A stretch of 63,985 nucleotides of DNA, the filler included, from Welwitschia mirabilis (taxonomy: Eukaryota), in assembly GCA_051453625.1 (NCBI GenBank). It is 7 parts of one record of this genome, joined end to end, with 100 filler letters (N's around TTAATTAATTAA, not from the genome) between each part and the next. Parts side by side here need not be neighbours in the genome. Positions count along the whole stretch, not along the records: positions 49,274 to 54,336 come from JBOZIK010000001.1; positions 54,437 to 58,585 come from JBOZIK010000001.1; positions 58,686 to 62,089 come from JBOZIK010000001.1; positions 62,190 to 63,985 come from JBOZIK010000001.1; 3 more parts are not named here. One strand, 5' to 3'. This document shows positions 50,558 through 62,275 of this stretch, in pieces. The notes beneath the pieces are model-generated. The model searched no databases. It was not told where the DNA came from and worked only from the letters and a program-made list of their open reading frames with translations. The first letter of the stretch is position 1. Each line of letters begins with the position of its first letter. Made by a program: the position numbers and the translations under genes.

Positions 50558-52900
50558 TGTTGGTTATTATGAAGTTAAATGTTATATTTCCCCATTTGTG
50601 TTAAAAGTGGTTTTATGTTGTAAATTNNNNNNNNNNNNNNNNNNNNNNNNNNNNNNNNNNNNNNNNNNNNNNNNNNNNNNNNNNNNNNNNNNNNNNNNNN
50701 NNNNNNNNNNNNNNNNNNNNNNNNNNNNNNNNNNNNNNNNNNNNNNNNNNNNNNNNNNNNNNNNNNNNNNNNNNNNNNNNNNNNNNNNNNNNNNNNNNNN
50801 NNNNNNNNNNNNNNNNNNNNNNNNNNNNNNNNNNNNNNNNNNNNNNNNNNNNNNNNNNNNNNNNNNNNNNNNNNNNNNNNNNNNNNNNNNNNNNNNNNNN
50901 NNNNNNNNNNNNNNNNNNNNNNNNNNNNNNNNNNNNNNNNNNNNNNNNNNNNNNNNNNNNNNNNNNNNNNNNNNNNNNNNNNNNNNNNNNNNNNNNNNNN
51001 NNNNNNNNNNNNNNNNNNNNNNNNNNNNNNNNNNNNNNNNNNNNNNNNNNNNNNNNNNNNNNNNNNNNNNNNNNNNNNNNNNNNNNNNNNNNNNNNNNNN
51101 NNNNNNNNNNNNNNNNNNNNNNNNNNNNNNNNNNNNNNNNNNNNNNNNNNNNNNNNNNNNNNNNNNNNNNNNNNNNNNNNNNNNNNNNNNNNNNNNNNNN
51201 NNNNNNNNNNNNNNNNNNNNNNNNNNNNNNNNNNNNNNNNNNNNNNNNNNNNNNNNNNNNNNNNNNNNNNNNNNNNNNNNNNNNNNNNNNNNNNNNNNNN
51301 NNNNNNNNNNNNNNNNNNNNNNNNNNNNNNNNNNNNNNNNNNNNNNNNNNNNNNNNNNNNNNNNNNNNNNNNNNNNNNNNNNNNATATTTCCCCATTTAT
51401 GTTAAAAGTGGTTTTATGTTGTAAATTGGGAAAAAAAAAAGGAAAGAAAGAAAAGTAAAAAGTAAGTGGCGTCAATACTATTTTAAGGTTTTGTATTGAA
51501 CCTTAAGGCTATAAAAAAGGGCTGGCATTTCCTATTAGGGGGTGGGTGTGGTTGGAGTCATTTTGCATTCTTGCATGTGGGTGTTGGCTTGAGCTAGAGA
51601 AACTGCTCAATGTTCCTTGTGATTACTAGTTTTCCAGTGGATCTAATAGAGCTCTAGGTAAGTTCAAGGATGTAGGATCAAAAGGGATCAAACCTCCTTG
51701 TATTATTTGTTTGCTTGTTCATTTTTCTTTTGTTACATTCCTTGCTTGTTTCATAACAACGGCATTAGAGACGGTTAAGGCTTGTTGGTGATCTTGCTTT
51801 CTTACAAGTGAAGCTTGTAGAAGGAGCAAACGAAAATTTTTCTGGTCTATCTGCATAGTTCCATTGCGGTTAGATTTTCCATTTATACAGGATGTGAGTA
51901 GAGAAAAAGCACTCGCAGACGACAGAGAAGTTGGTTGGAGTAGAGCTAGGGTAACTATGAAACCTTGAAGGAAATTTTCTCTACTTGAAAGATTGCAACA
52001 TTTTTTTTTGGTAATCAAAGGATGATGCAATGGGAGCTTTTGGGTTGTTGGATGTAGATTGGCTAAAGAAGTACCAGGGCATGAAATGGAACAAGCTTAA
52101 TAGGAAAGCACTTTGAGTAATTTGTCCTTATCTTTGAAATCTGATACAAAGTGGGTAAAGAGGAATCACGGAGGCTCACATCCTTTGGAAAACCTTCAAT
52201 AAAAGGAATGAGCAGCCCACCAGAATGAATGACTTTTACACTAGATGAGACGGACAATCTGTTTGCTCAAGTTGAGAAATTGGGCATAACTTTTGAAGAA
52301 GATCTTAGGGCAGTGGCTATTTTTAGCTCACTGCCAGATTCATGGGAGATGGCTCGTAGTTTCTTACTACCATGACAACTACTTTGAAAACTTGGCTGTC
52401 ACTCAAACACAGTTATTTTGTGGAAAAAATTAAGACAGTAGACTTTGCTGGCAAAGCTTTTTCTATCAAGAGGGGGCTTTCTTGTAATAGAGACAAAGGA
52501 CGTGAGTTTGCGTGGAAAAAATTAAGAGAGTCAATTTTGCTGGTAAAGCTTTTTCTATCAAGAGGGGCCTTTTTCTACCAAGGCAGGGACTTGGGGTGCT
52601 GGTTTTGTGAGAAGAAGAATCATGTGAAAAAGGAATGCTAGAGGCAAGAGGGGCCTTTTTCTACCAAAGCAGAAGAATGCAAGAGGGAAGAAGGTAAATG
52701 AACTTGACAACCCAAACCGATCAGAGGGAGATGCATATTTAATGTTTATTAGCTTACATTGAGTGGAAAATGTGACTGAGGATTGGATTGCGGTTTGGAT
52801 ACTAGATCACAGACATTCTTTTCATATTGGTCCAAAACATAAATGCCTTAGTTCATATAAAGCATGTTTGGACTGTTGCATTGAAACAATAGGCTGGACA
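50558..52900 (+). mobile_element. Copia 5' end (LTR across a gap, PBS-like site, gag, protease remnant)
   Basis: LTR starts TGTTGG (50558) and ends ttcataaCA (~51758), then acggcattagag; gag ..SSLPDSWE; knuckle CWFCEKKNHVKKEC (~52597); WILDHRHSFHI (~52796). Confidence 0.8.
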
Positions 52901-54436
52901 GCAAATAACAGTCAGGCATGTTCTAGAATCACTTAGAAGAACTATAATAGGCTCAAAGAATAAATTGTAAATTATCTTGCAATATGCATAATTTGAGGTT
53001 TAATTTGAGAGAGTTAGCATGCACAAAGCATTTGGTCACGGATTTTGATAATATTCACTCTTTCACATCTAATTTAGATTGAATGACTAGTTAGTGTCAT
53101 AATTCTAAGAGGGATGCCCTCAATCGCTATAACTCATAATATTGATGTCAATGATAATTTAGATTTAGATTTTGATGCATATTTGTATACACATGAGAGC
53201 TCTTTTAGAAAATTTGAATCCGATGAAGGCATTAACTCATTACAGGAAGAGTCAACTGGCCACAAGGTCCATGAGGTTGATGAGCCTTTGTTTAGGACAG
53301 AGGAATTAACAGTCGATTCAGATTTCAGAGTAAACACCTCAACCACCTGTTGCACTGTCTATGTAGCAAATATATACATATCAGTGACAAACAAAGCTGA
53401 TGGTGCAATAGAAGGTAGACTTTGGTTAGGATGCTTCTATAGAACTATGATCGTGATTAATGACACAATGAAATTGTTGCTATTGCTAATTTGTAGATTA
53501 AGAATTGTTGTTTGTGGTTGTTGGCTACCTTATGTATTGTTTTGGTTTATGTTCACTGAATGTCACTGTTTGAGAAGCTATTCTTGTTCTCTGATTTGTA
53601 TGTTTCGATGAAATATTGAATCTTGTCATAGTTTTTTCTTCTCAACACGTGTTTACATGCCATATATCTATGTTTTCTTCGATAACTTTGTAATGTGAGC
53701 AAGATGATTTTCTGTACGCTTTTCTTTGTATGAATTTGTAAGGTGACATAATATATGCAATTCCTGATACTTTGTTATAACTCTTATTTTGTATTCCTAT
53801 ACTACAATAGATATTACACTCTAGCGTCCTACATAAATAGTTGGCCTAGTTAATTGGTTCTTTCAGTCTTTCACTTCTTGTATAACATTTTAAAATACAG
53901 AAGATAACAACTATAGGCAAACTTGGGACAAACTAAGATAGTGGCCTCTAGAAGACTTGTCATGCACTCTAGTTCACAAATTTGATGGTTAGAGTGGACT
54001 GGAGAGATAAATACATTCACCATGACTAGGATAACATCTAGGAAAGCAAGCATGTGGAGGGACATGCTTGAAAATGCATGGTATGTTATCCTGGCAAACA
54101 AAAACAATACAAGAAAAACACTTCCAATGTGACTCAAAGTGGTTTGAATGGTTGAATTAGCTTGATAGCAATGATGTAAATGTTGGCATTTGGTTTATGT
54201 CAGTGGCTTTAAAAAGTCGTGTGGAGGAGACGTGTTGTCATGTTGGCACAAAATGTTAGCGCTAAATGTCGGCAATTATTTTTTAAAAAGCATAAGAATT
54301 ATTAATTTCATAAGAGTCATAAATAGTATAAGCTAANNNNNNNNNNNNNNNNNNNNNNNNNNNNNNNNNNNNNNNNNNNNTTAATTAATTAANNNNNNNN
54401 NNNNNNNNNNNNNNNNNNNNNNNNNNNNNNNNNNNN

Positions 54437-55375
54437 CAAAATGATTTCTTTGGTAAGATAGTTGTTTCATGAATGTATCAAATCTTTTGTACCACTCTCT
54501 AGGAGCTCGTTTCAAGCCATGGCCTACACACTAGATTAGAACTTTGCTAGTTTCAATACCCCGCTGGCTGATGCAAATACATCTCTTCATCAAGGTCCCC
54601 ATTTAGAAAATCAGTCTTAACATCCAATTGTTTTAGCTCTAAATCCAAGCAAGCAACTAGAGAGAGAACTATCCTAATTGATGAATGCTTTACAACAGGA
54701 TTTTTTTTTTAAATTAATGCTTGGCTTTTAAGCATAACCTTTTACTACCAATTCGGCCTTGTAACACTTCTTCCCCTCAGTTTCATCTTTTATTCTAAAG
54801 ATCCACTTGCTATATAGAGCTTTGCACACCTTGGGCAAAGTAACAAACTTCCAAGCTTTGTTTTCCTGCAAAGATTTCCCTTCCTTCTTCATAGCTATTT
54901 TCCACTTGGTAGAAACAACACAAGATAAAGCTTCTTGTACTGTTTTAGGCTCTGCACAATCANNNNNNNNNNNNNNNNNNNNNNNNNNNNNNNNNNNNNN
55001 NNNNNNNNNNNNNNNNNNNNNNNNNNNNNNNNNNNNNNNNNNNNNNNNNNNNNNNNNNNNNNTCCTGCAAAGATTTCCCTTCCTCCTTCATAGCTATTTT
55101 CCACTTGGTAGCAGCAACACAAGATAAAGCTTTTTCAGGCTCTGCACAATCAGTATAAAGAACATAATGCAATGACGGGGAATAGCTATCTGGTGGACGT
55201 GTAGCTCTAGTTGAACGCCTGACCCAATGCTTTGTAGGAAGAGGTGAATCATCCTCTTCCAACTGCTCTCCCCCGTCATTTAAGGAAATTTCATCATTTT
55301 CAGCTTGCTGATTTTCACCTTCTGAAACATGTTCTTCATGTATTTCTTCAGAAATCTGCTTAGCCTCTGTCTTAA
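54437..55375 (-). mobile_element. Copia INT-RT linker and RT start
   Basis: RRSTRATRPPDSYSP..EPE.AL...KWKIAMKEE.KSL (55063-55220); KAWKFVTLPK (~54830-54860). Confidence 0.85.
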
Positions 55376-56056
55376 NNNNNNNNNNNNNNNNNNNNNNNNN
55401 NNNNNNNNNNNNNNNNNNNNNNNNNNNNNNNNNNNNNNNNNNNNNNNNNNNNNNNNNNNNNNNNNNNNNNNNNNNNNNNNNNNNNNNNNNNNNNNNNNNN
55501 NNNNNNNNNNNNNNNNNNNNNNNNNNNNNNNNNNNNNNNNNNNNNNNNNNNNNNNNNNNNNNNNNNNNNNNNNNNNNNNNNNNNNNNNNNNNNNNNNNNN
55601 NNNNNNNNNNNNNNNNNNNNNNNNNNNNNNNNNNNNNNNNNNNNNNNNNNNNNNNNNNNNNNNNNNNNNNNNNNNNNNNNNNNNNNNNNNNNNNNNNNNN
55701 NNNNNNNNNNNNNNNNNNNNNNNNNNNNNNNNNNNNNNNNNNNNNNNNNNNNNNNNNNNNNNNNNNNNNNNNNNNNNNNNNNNNNNNNNNNNNNNNNNNN
55801 NNNNNNNNNNNNNNNNNNNNNNNNNNNNNNNNNNNNNNNNNNNNNNNNNNNNNNNNNNNNNNNNNNNNNNNNNNNNNNNNNNNNNNNNNNNNNNNNNNNN
55901 NNNNNNNNNNNNNNNNNNNNNNNNNNNNNNNNNNNNNNNNNNNNNNNNNNNNNNNNNNNNNNNNNNNNNNNNNNNNNNNNNNNNNNNNNNNNNNNNNNNN
56001 NNNNNNNNNNNNNNNNNNNNNNNNNNNNNNNNNNNNNNNNNTAAGGATAAAGTCAT

Positions 56057-56262
56057 ACGTGTGAATAAAGGACAATATTAAGGCTAAGAAGTCGAATTAG
56101 GAGATATGATTGTTTGACCCAGGAAAGTAATAGAAAATGGGTGAGGATAAAGGAAAGGATCAAGGCTAAGAAGTAGGAATAGGAGATAGTGTTGTTTGAC
56201 TTAGAAAATAGGTGTGAATAAAGGAATGGATCAAGGCTAAGAAGTAGCAATAGGAGATACAT
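56057..56262 (+). repeat. Three-unit tandem repeat (~73-85 bp period)
   Basis: ataaagga....aaggctaagaagt..aataggagata occurs three times (~56079, ~56162, ~56233). Confidence 0.85.
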
Positions 56263-56388
56263 CAACCAATTTCTTCTATGCTTTATATTTCAATGCCCAG
56301 TTTTAGAATTCTAATGTNNNNNNNNNNNNNNNNNNNNNNNNNNNNNNNNNNNNNNNNNNNNNNNNNNNNNNNNNNNNNNNNNNNNNNN

Positions 56389-58585
56389 TCCAACCTGAAT
56401 TGGTGATGTAAACTACAAGCAACAGGTACAACTTTGCTCTTTAAATTCATTGTTAATGCAAGTGTATTGAAGAATTCTGGAATTGCAACTTGTTCACCAA
56501 AACTGTGACTGATAATGGCATACTACAATGTTAGAAGGGAGCTCTCGGAAAATAAAAATACAAAAGAGGATTTGACTTCAACTCCAATAGTATACACCAT
56601 ATCATACATGATGCTATTGGATATAGATATACAATGANNNNNNNNNNNNNNNNNNNNNNNNNNNNNNNNNNNNNNNNNNNNNNNNNNNNNNNNNNNNNNN
56701 NNNNNNNNNNNNNNNNNNNNNNNNNNNNNNNNNNNNNTTTGCTCTTTAAATTCATTGTAAATGCAAGTGTATCGAAGAATTCTAGAATTGCAACTTGTTC
56801 ACCAAAACTGTGACTGACAATGGCATACTACAATGTTAGAAGGGAGCTCTCAGAAAATAAAAATACGAAAGAGGATTTGACTTCAACTCCAATAGTATAC
56901 ACCATATCATACATGATGCTACTGGATATAGATATACAATGAATGAAGGCAGTTTTCCTTTTAATCTCTTTAGAGTTTGGATAAATCCTTAAATAGATGA
57001 AAGTGTGATGCCAAAGGGGTACTAATAGGATTAGAATTTTGCACATGGAAGTGTTCCAACACTTTACCGATGCAATCAGATTGACTCAACCATTGACTAC
57101 CACTGTTGTCGTCCCTATGGATTCGTATTCCAAGAATTGTTTTGATAGGACCTAGCATCTTTAGTTGTAGAGTTCCTTGTCATCTAAGATTTCAGCCTCG
57201 TAATTTCATTGACATCATTTCATGCTATAACCATGTCATCAACATAAAGCAACAAGATGATAATTTTGTCCGTCATTGAGTCATGTAGGTACACATAGTG
57301 ATCAAGTTCACATCTAGAATACTACTGCTTTTGCATAAAAGAAGCATGTTTCTTCTACCATTGTTTGAGAGCTTGTTCCAAGCTATACAATATCTTCAAT
57401 CTACACACATGTCTAGGATCAAAATCCACAAACCCAATAGGTTGCTCCATGTAGATTTTCTCTATTATGTCACTATGCAGAAAAGCTGTTCTAACATCCA
57501 ATTGCTTTAATTCCAAATAAAAGCATGCAACTAAGGACAAAATAATATGAATTGAAGCGTGTCATACAATAGGTGAGAAAATTTAGCAATGTCAATGGCA
57601 GACTTTTGCTTAAAGCCTCTAGCTGCCAACCTAAATTCATAGTTCCTTTCACCATTACTGTGTTCTTTGATCTTGTATAACCATTAGTTTGGAGGAACAT
57701 GTTTGCCTTGGGAAGAGACACAAGTTCCTAGGTTTTGTTATGAAACAAAGAGTTCATCTCTTCTTGCATGGCCTCAAGGCATTTTTCAAGTATTTGGGCT
57801 ACTGATTGCTTCTTTGTAAGTTTAAACAAATCACTGTCAAAGATGTAATTCAAAGAAGGAGAATACCTGCTTAGAGGTCTAAACACCCTTGTGGACCTTC
57901 CAACCCATTGTGTTGGTGTTTCAAGTTCGTCAAGATGCTCCTCATGAATACTAGGATCTTGGAAGTTTTGATGCGTGTGCTCATCACCACCATTACTGGT
58001 AGAATCTGATTGAGAGTTGCCATCATCTAAAGCTCCTTTCTCTTTTCCTTCTTGGTTGAACATTTTAAAAGTTGATTGCTGTGTGGTAGAGATAGGACCC
58101 CCCATGCCTTCTTTTGTGAGTGGGAAAACATCACTTCTTCCTTGATTGTCACATCATGTGACCTGAGCTCTTTTTGCATCACAAGATTTCAAAGTCTTTA
58201 CCCTTTGTTGTCATCATCATAGCCCAGGAAAGCACGTCTCTCTGCATAGGAGCCCAACTTGGATGTGGTAGACAGACGATTGTAAGCCTTGCATCAAAAC
58301 ACTCTGAGATGGATTAAGGAAGCCTTGCATCAAAACACTCTGAGATGGATTAAGGAGATGGGAGTCCCACTCCATAATATTTTTGGATCTGACCTTCAAG
58401 AGTTGTATGCACTGACCTATTTTAGTAAGTATGCAAACTATATTTGCCACCTTTAGCCACAACTTCTTGGGGACTCTTGATTTAGACATTATAGCTTTTG
58501 TAGGTCATAGTTTTGACCTAGATGCGTAGTAAGGCCCAAAACTTTCACAAGGATCTTTAATGATTCAACAATAAATTATGCAGAT
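56389..58585 (-). mobile_element. Degenerate Copia INT-RT
   Basis: AMQEEMNSLFHNKT, LKQLDVRTAFLH..IYMEQPIGF..VCRLK..LYSLEQA..QW, LLLYVDDM (~57234-57257), ILGIRIHRD. Confidence 0.92.
58284..58355. repeat. Exact 36-bp tandem duplication
   Basis: aagccttgcatcaaaacactctgagatggattaagg x2. Confidence 0.95.
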
Positions 58586-58685
58586 NNNNNNNNNNNNNNN
58601 NNNNNNNNNNNNNNNNNNNNNNNNNNNNNTTAATTAATTAANNNNNNNNNNNNNNNNNNNNNNNNNNNNNNNNNNNNNNNNNNNN

Positions 58686-58795
58686 GTCATGGCCGTGAAG
58701 CAGCATTTGCAGCTGCCCTTTTGGGAGATAATGCTCTGATTGAAAAGGCATTTGAAGAAACAGGGATGTACGCTGAGGCAGTATTACATGCTCAT
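58686..58795 (+). CDS. TWD40-2: Penultimate coding exon (5' end cut by the spacer) of the TPLATE/TSET complex WD40 subunit TWD40-2
   Basis: Reads (G)HGREAAFAAALLGDNALIEKAFEETGMYAEAVLHAH, matching my recollection of the GRE.AF.AA.LGDNALMEKAW..TGMLAEAVLHAH block of Arabidopsis At5g24710; GT donor at 58796. Confidence 0.85.
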
Positions 58796-58980
58796 GTATG
58801 TCTGAATTTTGCAAACATTGTGAACTTCAAGCTATCATTGCATTTGATTATTGTATGAAGTATGTCAAAGCTGCCTTTATGTATAAAAAACATTTCCCCC
58901 CGAAAAAACTGTTTATTGTGTGCATAATCAAAGTATTTGCATCATGTCTCTTTCATTGACATTGTTTTGATTGCATCCAG

Positions 58981-59610
58981 GCCCATGGTCGTCCATCTTT
59001 GAAAAATCTGTTAGATCAATGGAACAAAACACTGCAGAAAGAACTTGAGCAATCATCAGCTAAGTCTAAAATGACAGATATTGCAAGTGCAGTCCTCGCA
59101 GGCTTGGAAAAGGATGCAGGAGTGCAGAATCTGAATGAGGTTAATAGGCAACCATTGATACAAATTGTACCTCCAGGAATGTTGGCATCTACAATAAGCA
59201 TACCGGTGAAATCAAAGGCTGTTGCATCCACACCGGATGGTCAGGAAGGAAACAAAGAAGCCAACAAAGAAGTGAGCAAAGAAGCCAGCAAGGAAGCAAA
59301 TAAAGAGACAGGCACACAAGAAAACATTTTGATGTTAGAAGGTCCTCCAGCTACGCCTGGGCAGAGTGTCCCTGTATCAGTGAGCACAACGAAGCCTACA
59401 GATCCAGGTAATCTTGCCACTGCCAGTCCAGCAACAAACGAGGCTTCATCTGCTGCCACAGATCTACCTTTAATCGAGGCATCAACATCAGCATCAGATC
59501 AGTCTATAGACAAATCTCTGAATGTACTAGAAAACCTCTCTGTAAATCTTGTTCCCATAGAAGGTGCAACAACGTCAGGTCAGGATATCTCAACTCAAAA
59601 ATCAGTTTGA
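58981..59610 (+). CDS. TWD40-2: Last coding exon of TWD40-2
   Basis: Follows a 185-nt phase-0 GT..CAG intron (58796-58980). Reads AHGRPSLKNLLDQWNKTLQKE..TDIASAVLAGLE..RQPLIQIVPPGM..LMLEGPP, then an A/S/T/P-rich tail; open to TGA at 59608-59610. Confidence 0.88.
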   Translation, partial: AHGRPSLKNLLDQWNKTLQKELEQSSAKSKMTDIASAVLAGLEKDAGVQNLNEVNRQPLIQIVPPGMLASTISIPVKSKAVASTPDGQEGNKEANKEVSKEASKEANKETGTQENILMLEGPPATPGQSVPVSVSTTKPTDPGNLATASPATNEASSAATDLPLIEASTSASDQSIDKSLNVLENLSVNLVPIEGATTSGQDISTQKSV

Positions 59611-60578
59611 ATTGGGAAATATGAAGGAATTCACTTTGGATGAAGACATTATTTTCTTAATGTCATGGATGTATATTACGCAATTAGTAGAGTTCATTTC
59701 TAAATTTTCACAATTAAGTCATAGTCTGGGCTTTGTAAATCCATTTAGTTTGGGGTAAGAGTTTATATTGTTACTGGAGCCTTTGTTCCCATGTAGCATC
59801 AAAATTAATTGAATTTACATATTGTAGATGTCCAAGGAAACTGCTTCAAGTGATTGTTTTATTTTTTTCATTAAACACTGTAATGGAATGTAGCTTTTAC
59901 TAGCTCTGGTACTTGTCAATGACATTTAATCATGTTCCATTTAAAGATTTCTTTTCTGGTGGGGATTGTAGATTATAAGCTTTTATATTTCTGAAACAAA
60001 ACGGTACAAATTTCTGAGCTTAGGTAGAATAGTTAGCTAGTGTTGTTATCTCCCCTTGTTAATGGGGGTTGTCAGTATCAAACATAGGAGGATTAGTTGC
60101 TATTGTAGCTAGTGGCTAACATGAGAAGCAATACAGTATCTTCAGAGTTGATACCTTAGCAAAACCTCTTGAAGAGGGATAAGCCCACCACACCTGTATG
60201 TCTCGTGTCAAAGATAAGTAAACAAAATTTCATTTTGCCGGTTTCTATCAGGTCCTTTGACTGCATGCTGTCATTTTGTTCATTTGAATTTCTACTTCTA
60301 AGTAACTAATTCACTTTCTTGTGCCCATATGATATAAGAAACAAGAACAAGCATCACATCTGTGAGAGACGGGGGCTTTAGAATGATATTACACAACATG
60401 AAATTTGAATAATTTGGGTACAGAAGTTAATCATCACAAAGGTTTTGAGTGCTTCTTTATTATAGGCACACCACAGAATCTTAAGGAGACAATTGCATCT
60501 ATCAAGTGTTTTTGATTTGCATCCATCCAAAGAATCAACAATGGGAAAGTCTTAATGTTACAAAAACTAGAGTTTACA

Positions 60579-61900
60579 TGTAACAGTAGCTAAATGCATA
60601 GAACAACAAAAAGAAGAAAAATCCAGGAGGTACATAGATTTAGGTTATAGAACCCTTAAAGGGAGAGGGAAATAGCAACAGGAAAAGGAGAAGCTTATTT
60701 TCAATCATTCAAATGAAGGCTTGCCAATTAAATTGTGCAAGGATCTAAGTCACTTAATATGATCAGGGTCTTAAACTAAGTGAACCCTAGTCTCAGCTTC
60801 CATTTATTCATCACCTGACTTTACATTGTAGCTTTTACTTATAACAAGTAAATGGACTGCTAAGGGTTAACATCTCTTTATAAAATAACTTCATATTAAT
60901 AAGATAACATAAACAATCTTAATGCAAAATTTGGCTTAACACGCTAACAATCTTTTACTTGAAGACAAATCTACTTTATCCATCCATCTAAAGTAATTAG
61001 AATATCATCCTAATCTCCAACATCTTAAGAAATTATTAGATCATCTACAATATTGCATGCCATCTTGCTACTGTGTCACCTCCCCATAAAACAGCCATAA
61101 ACAAGACTAAAGCATCCATTTGCAAAGCAATAATACAATGTTGAATCATGATAGATAAGAATAGGTTATGACTATAACAAATGGGAGTTCTTCACTATAA
61201 AAGCAATTACCAGGTTGAAATCTTGCAACAATCTATGGAAATAATGGTTAATGTGACTAGTTTTTAAACTTTTGCGGAGTGCATGCACTTCCTTGGTTAC
61301 TAGACACTATAGTAAACCAAACAACAAAACATTGTACAATTTCCTCTTATGATGTATTTTGGTTTCAGAACATTGAAATGTGATAGGATCTTTGCCCACA
61401 TCAACATTAACCTATCATGAAGGTTGAGTCCCATTAAAGGTGACATCATCATGCTTGAGCTTTAAGTAGTTTATCATCATACATTTTTTCTCATCGTGCA
61501 TTTCTTGTAAATTGGTTATTTTTCCTCTTCACTTGCATATGACATCTCGTCTCCAAATGAAAATTCATTATTCAAAAGACATTAGTGGTCCTTCATATTG
61601 TAAACACCAGCATCATCATAATCTATGGTTCTAAAGATATTGACATTATGCATTTATTGTCAAGCTCTAACTTTTTGTGAGGGACCCAAGAAAATCAATA
61701 AGTATTTATCACCTAAATACTTGCAACATATTACCTCTACATCTATTATTGTAACATTACATTGGATCAAGGATTCTAACAACTTTTGTGATTTTTTTAT
61801 ATTTAGTAGATGAACATTTGTGTAAAGAAAAGCCTTGTTACATGTGTTCATTGAAGATTCTAAAACTCCTGAAACATCATGTAATATGAAATTAAAAAAA
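60579..61900 (-). mobile_element. Deleted Copia remnant with 3' LTR (60949-60579)
   Basis: Minus strand gtcttcaagtaaaagat|TGTTAG is an eroded form of the PPT/LTR junction at 32606-32627; the LTR ends ctgttaCA; integrase-like LIQCNV..KYLLIF at ~61690-61770. Confidence 0.6.
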
Positions 61901-62189
61901 AAAATAATTCTTCAAACATGGAGGCCCCAGCCCCTGGACATGTCGGGGACAACAAGTGGGCAGATTTTTTTCATTAGCTCTTAATCATTGTATTTATACA
62001 TGATGTTGCTCTTATAATAAGCCATCTTAACTTGGAACTGCTTACATATTTTTCTCATCAAGATCCACAATTTATGGATCACATATAACNNNNNNNNNNN
62101 NNNNNNNNNNNNNNNNNNNNNNNNNNNNNNNNNTTAATTAATTAANNNNNNNNNNNNNNNNNNNNNNNNNNNNNNNNNNNNNNNNNNNN

Positions 62190-62275
62190 TCAGTATTGTA
62201 TCAAAAACCTATATGAATGTCCTACAAAGATACTCAAAATACACCATCAAATTCCAACAAATTGGCATCGCAACA
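62190..62275 (-). mobile_element. 5' terminus of a Gypsy LTR (family of 11044-12259)
   Basis: The reverse complement TGTTGCGATGCCAATTTGTTGGAATTTGATGGTGTATTTT matches 11044-11083. Confidence 0.9.

Noticed and set aside
50585..51427. Near-identical sequence on both sides of gaps (also ~40000/40125, ~54865/55063, ~56435/56738)
   Set aside because: Typical of unmerged contig overlaps or haplotypes, so not counted as real duplications.
59016..59459. Antisense ORFs over the TWD40-2 exon
   Set aside because: Shadow frames of a real coding exon.
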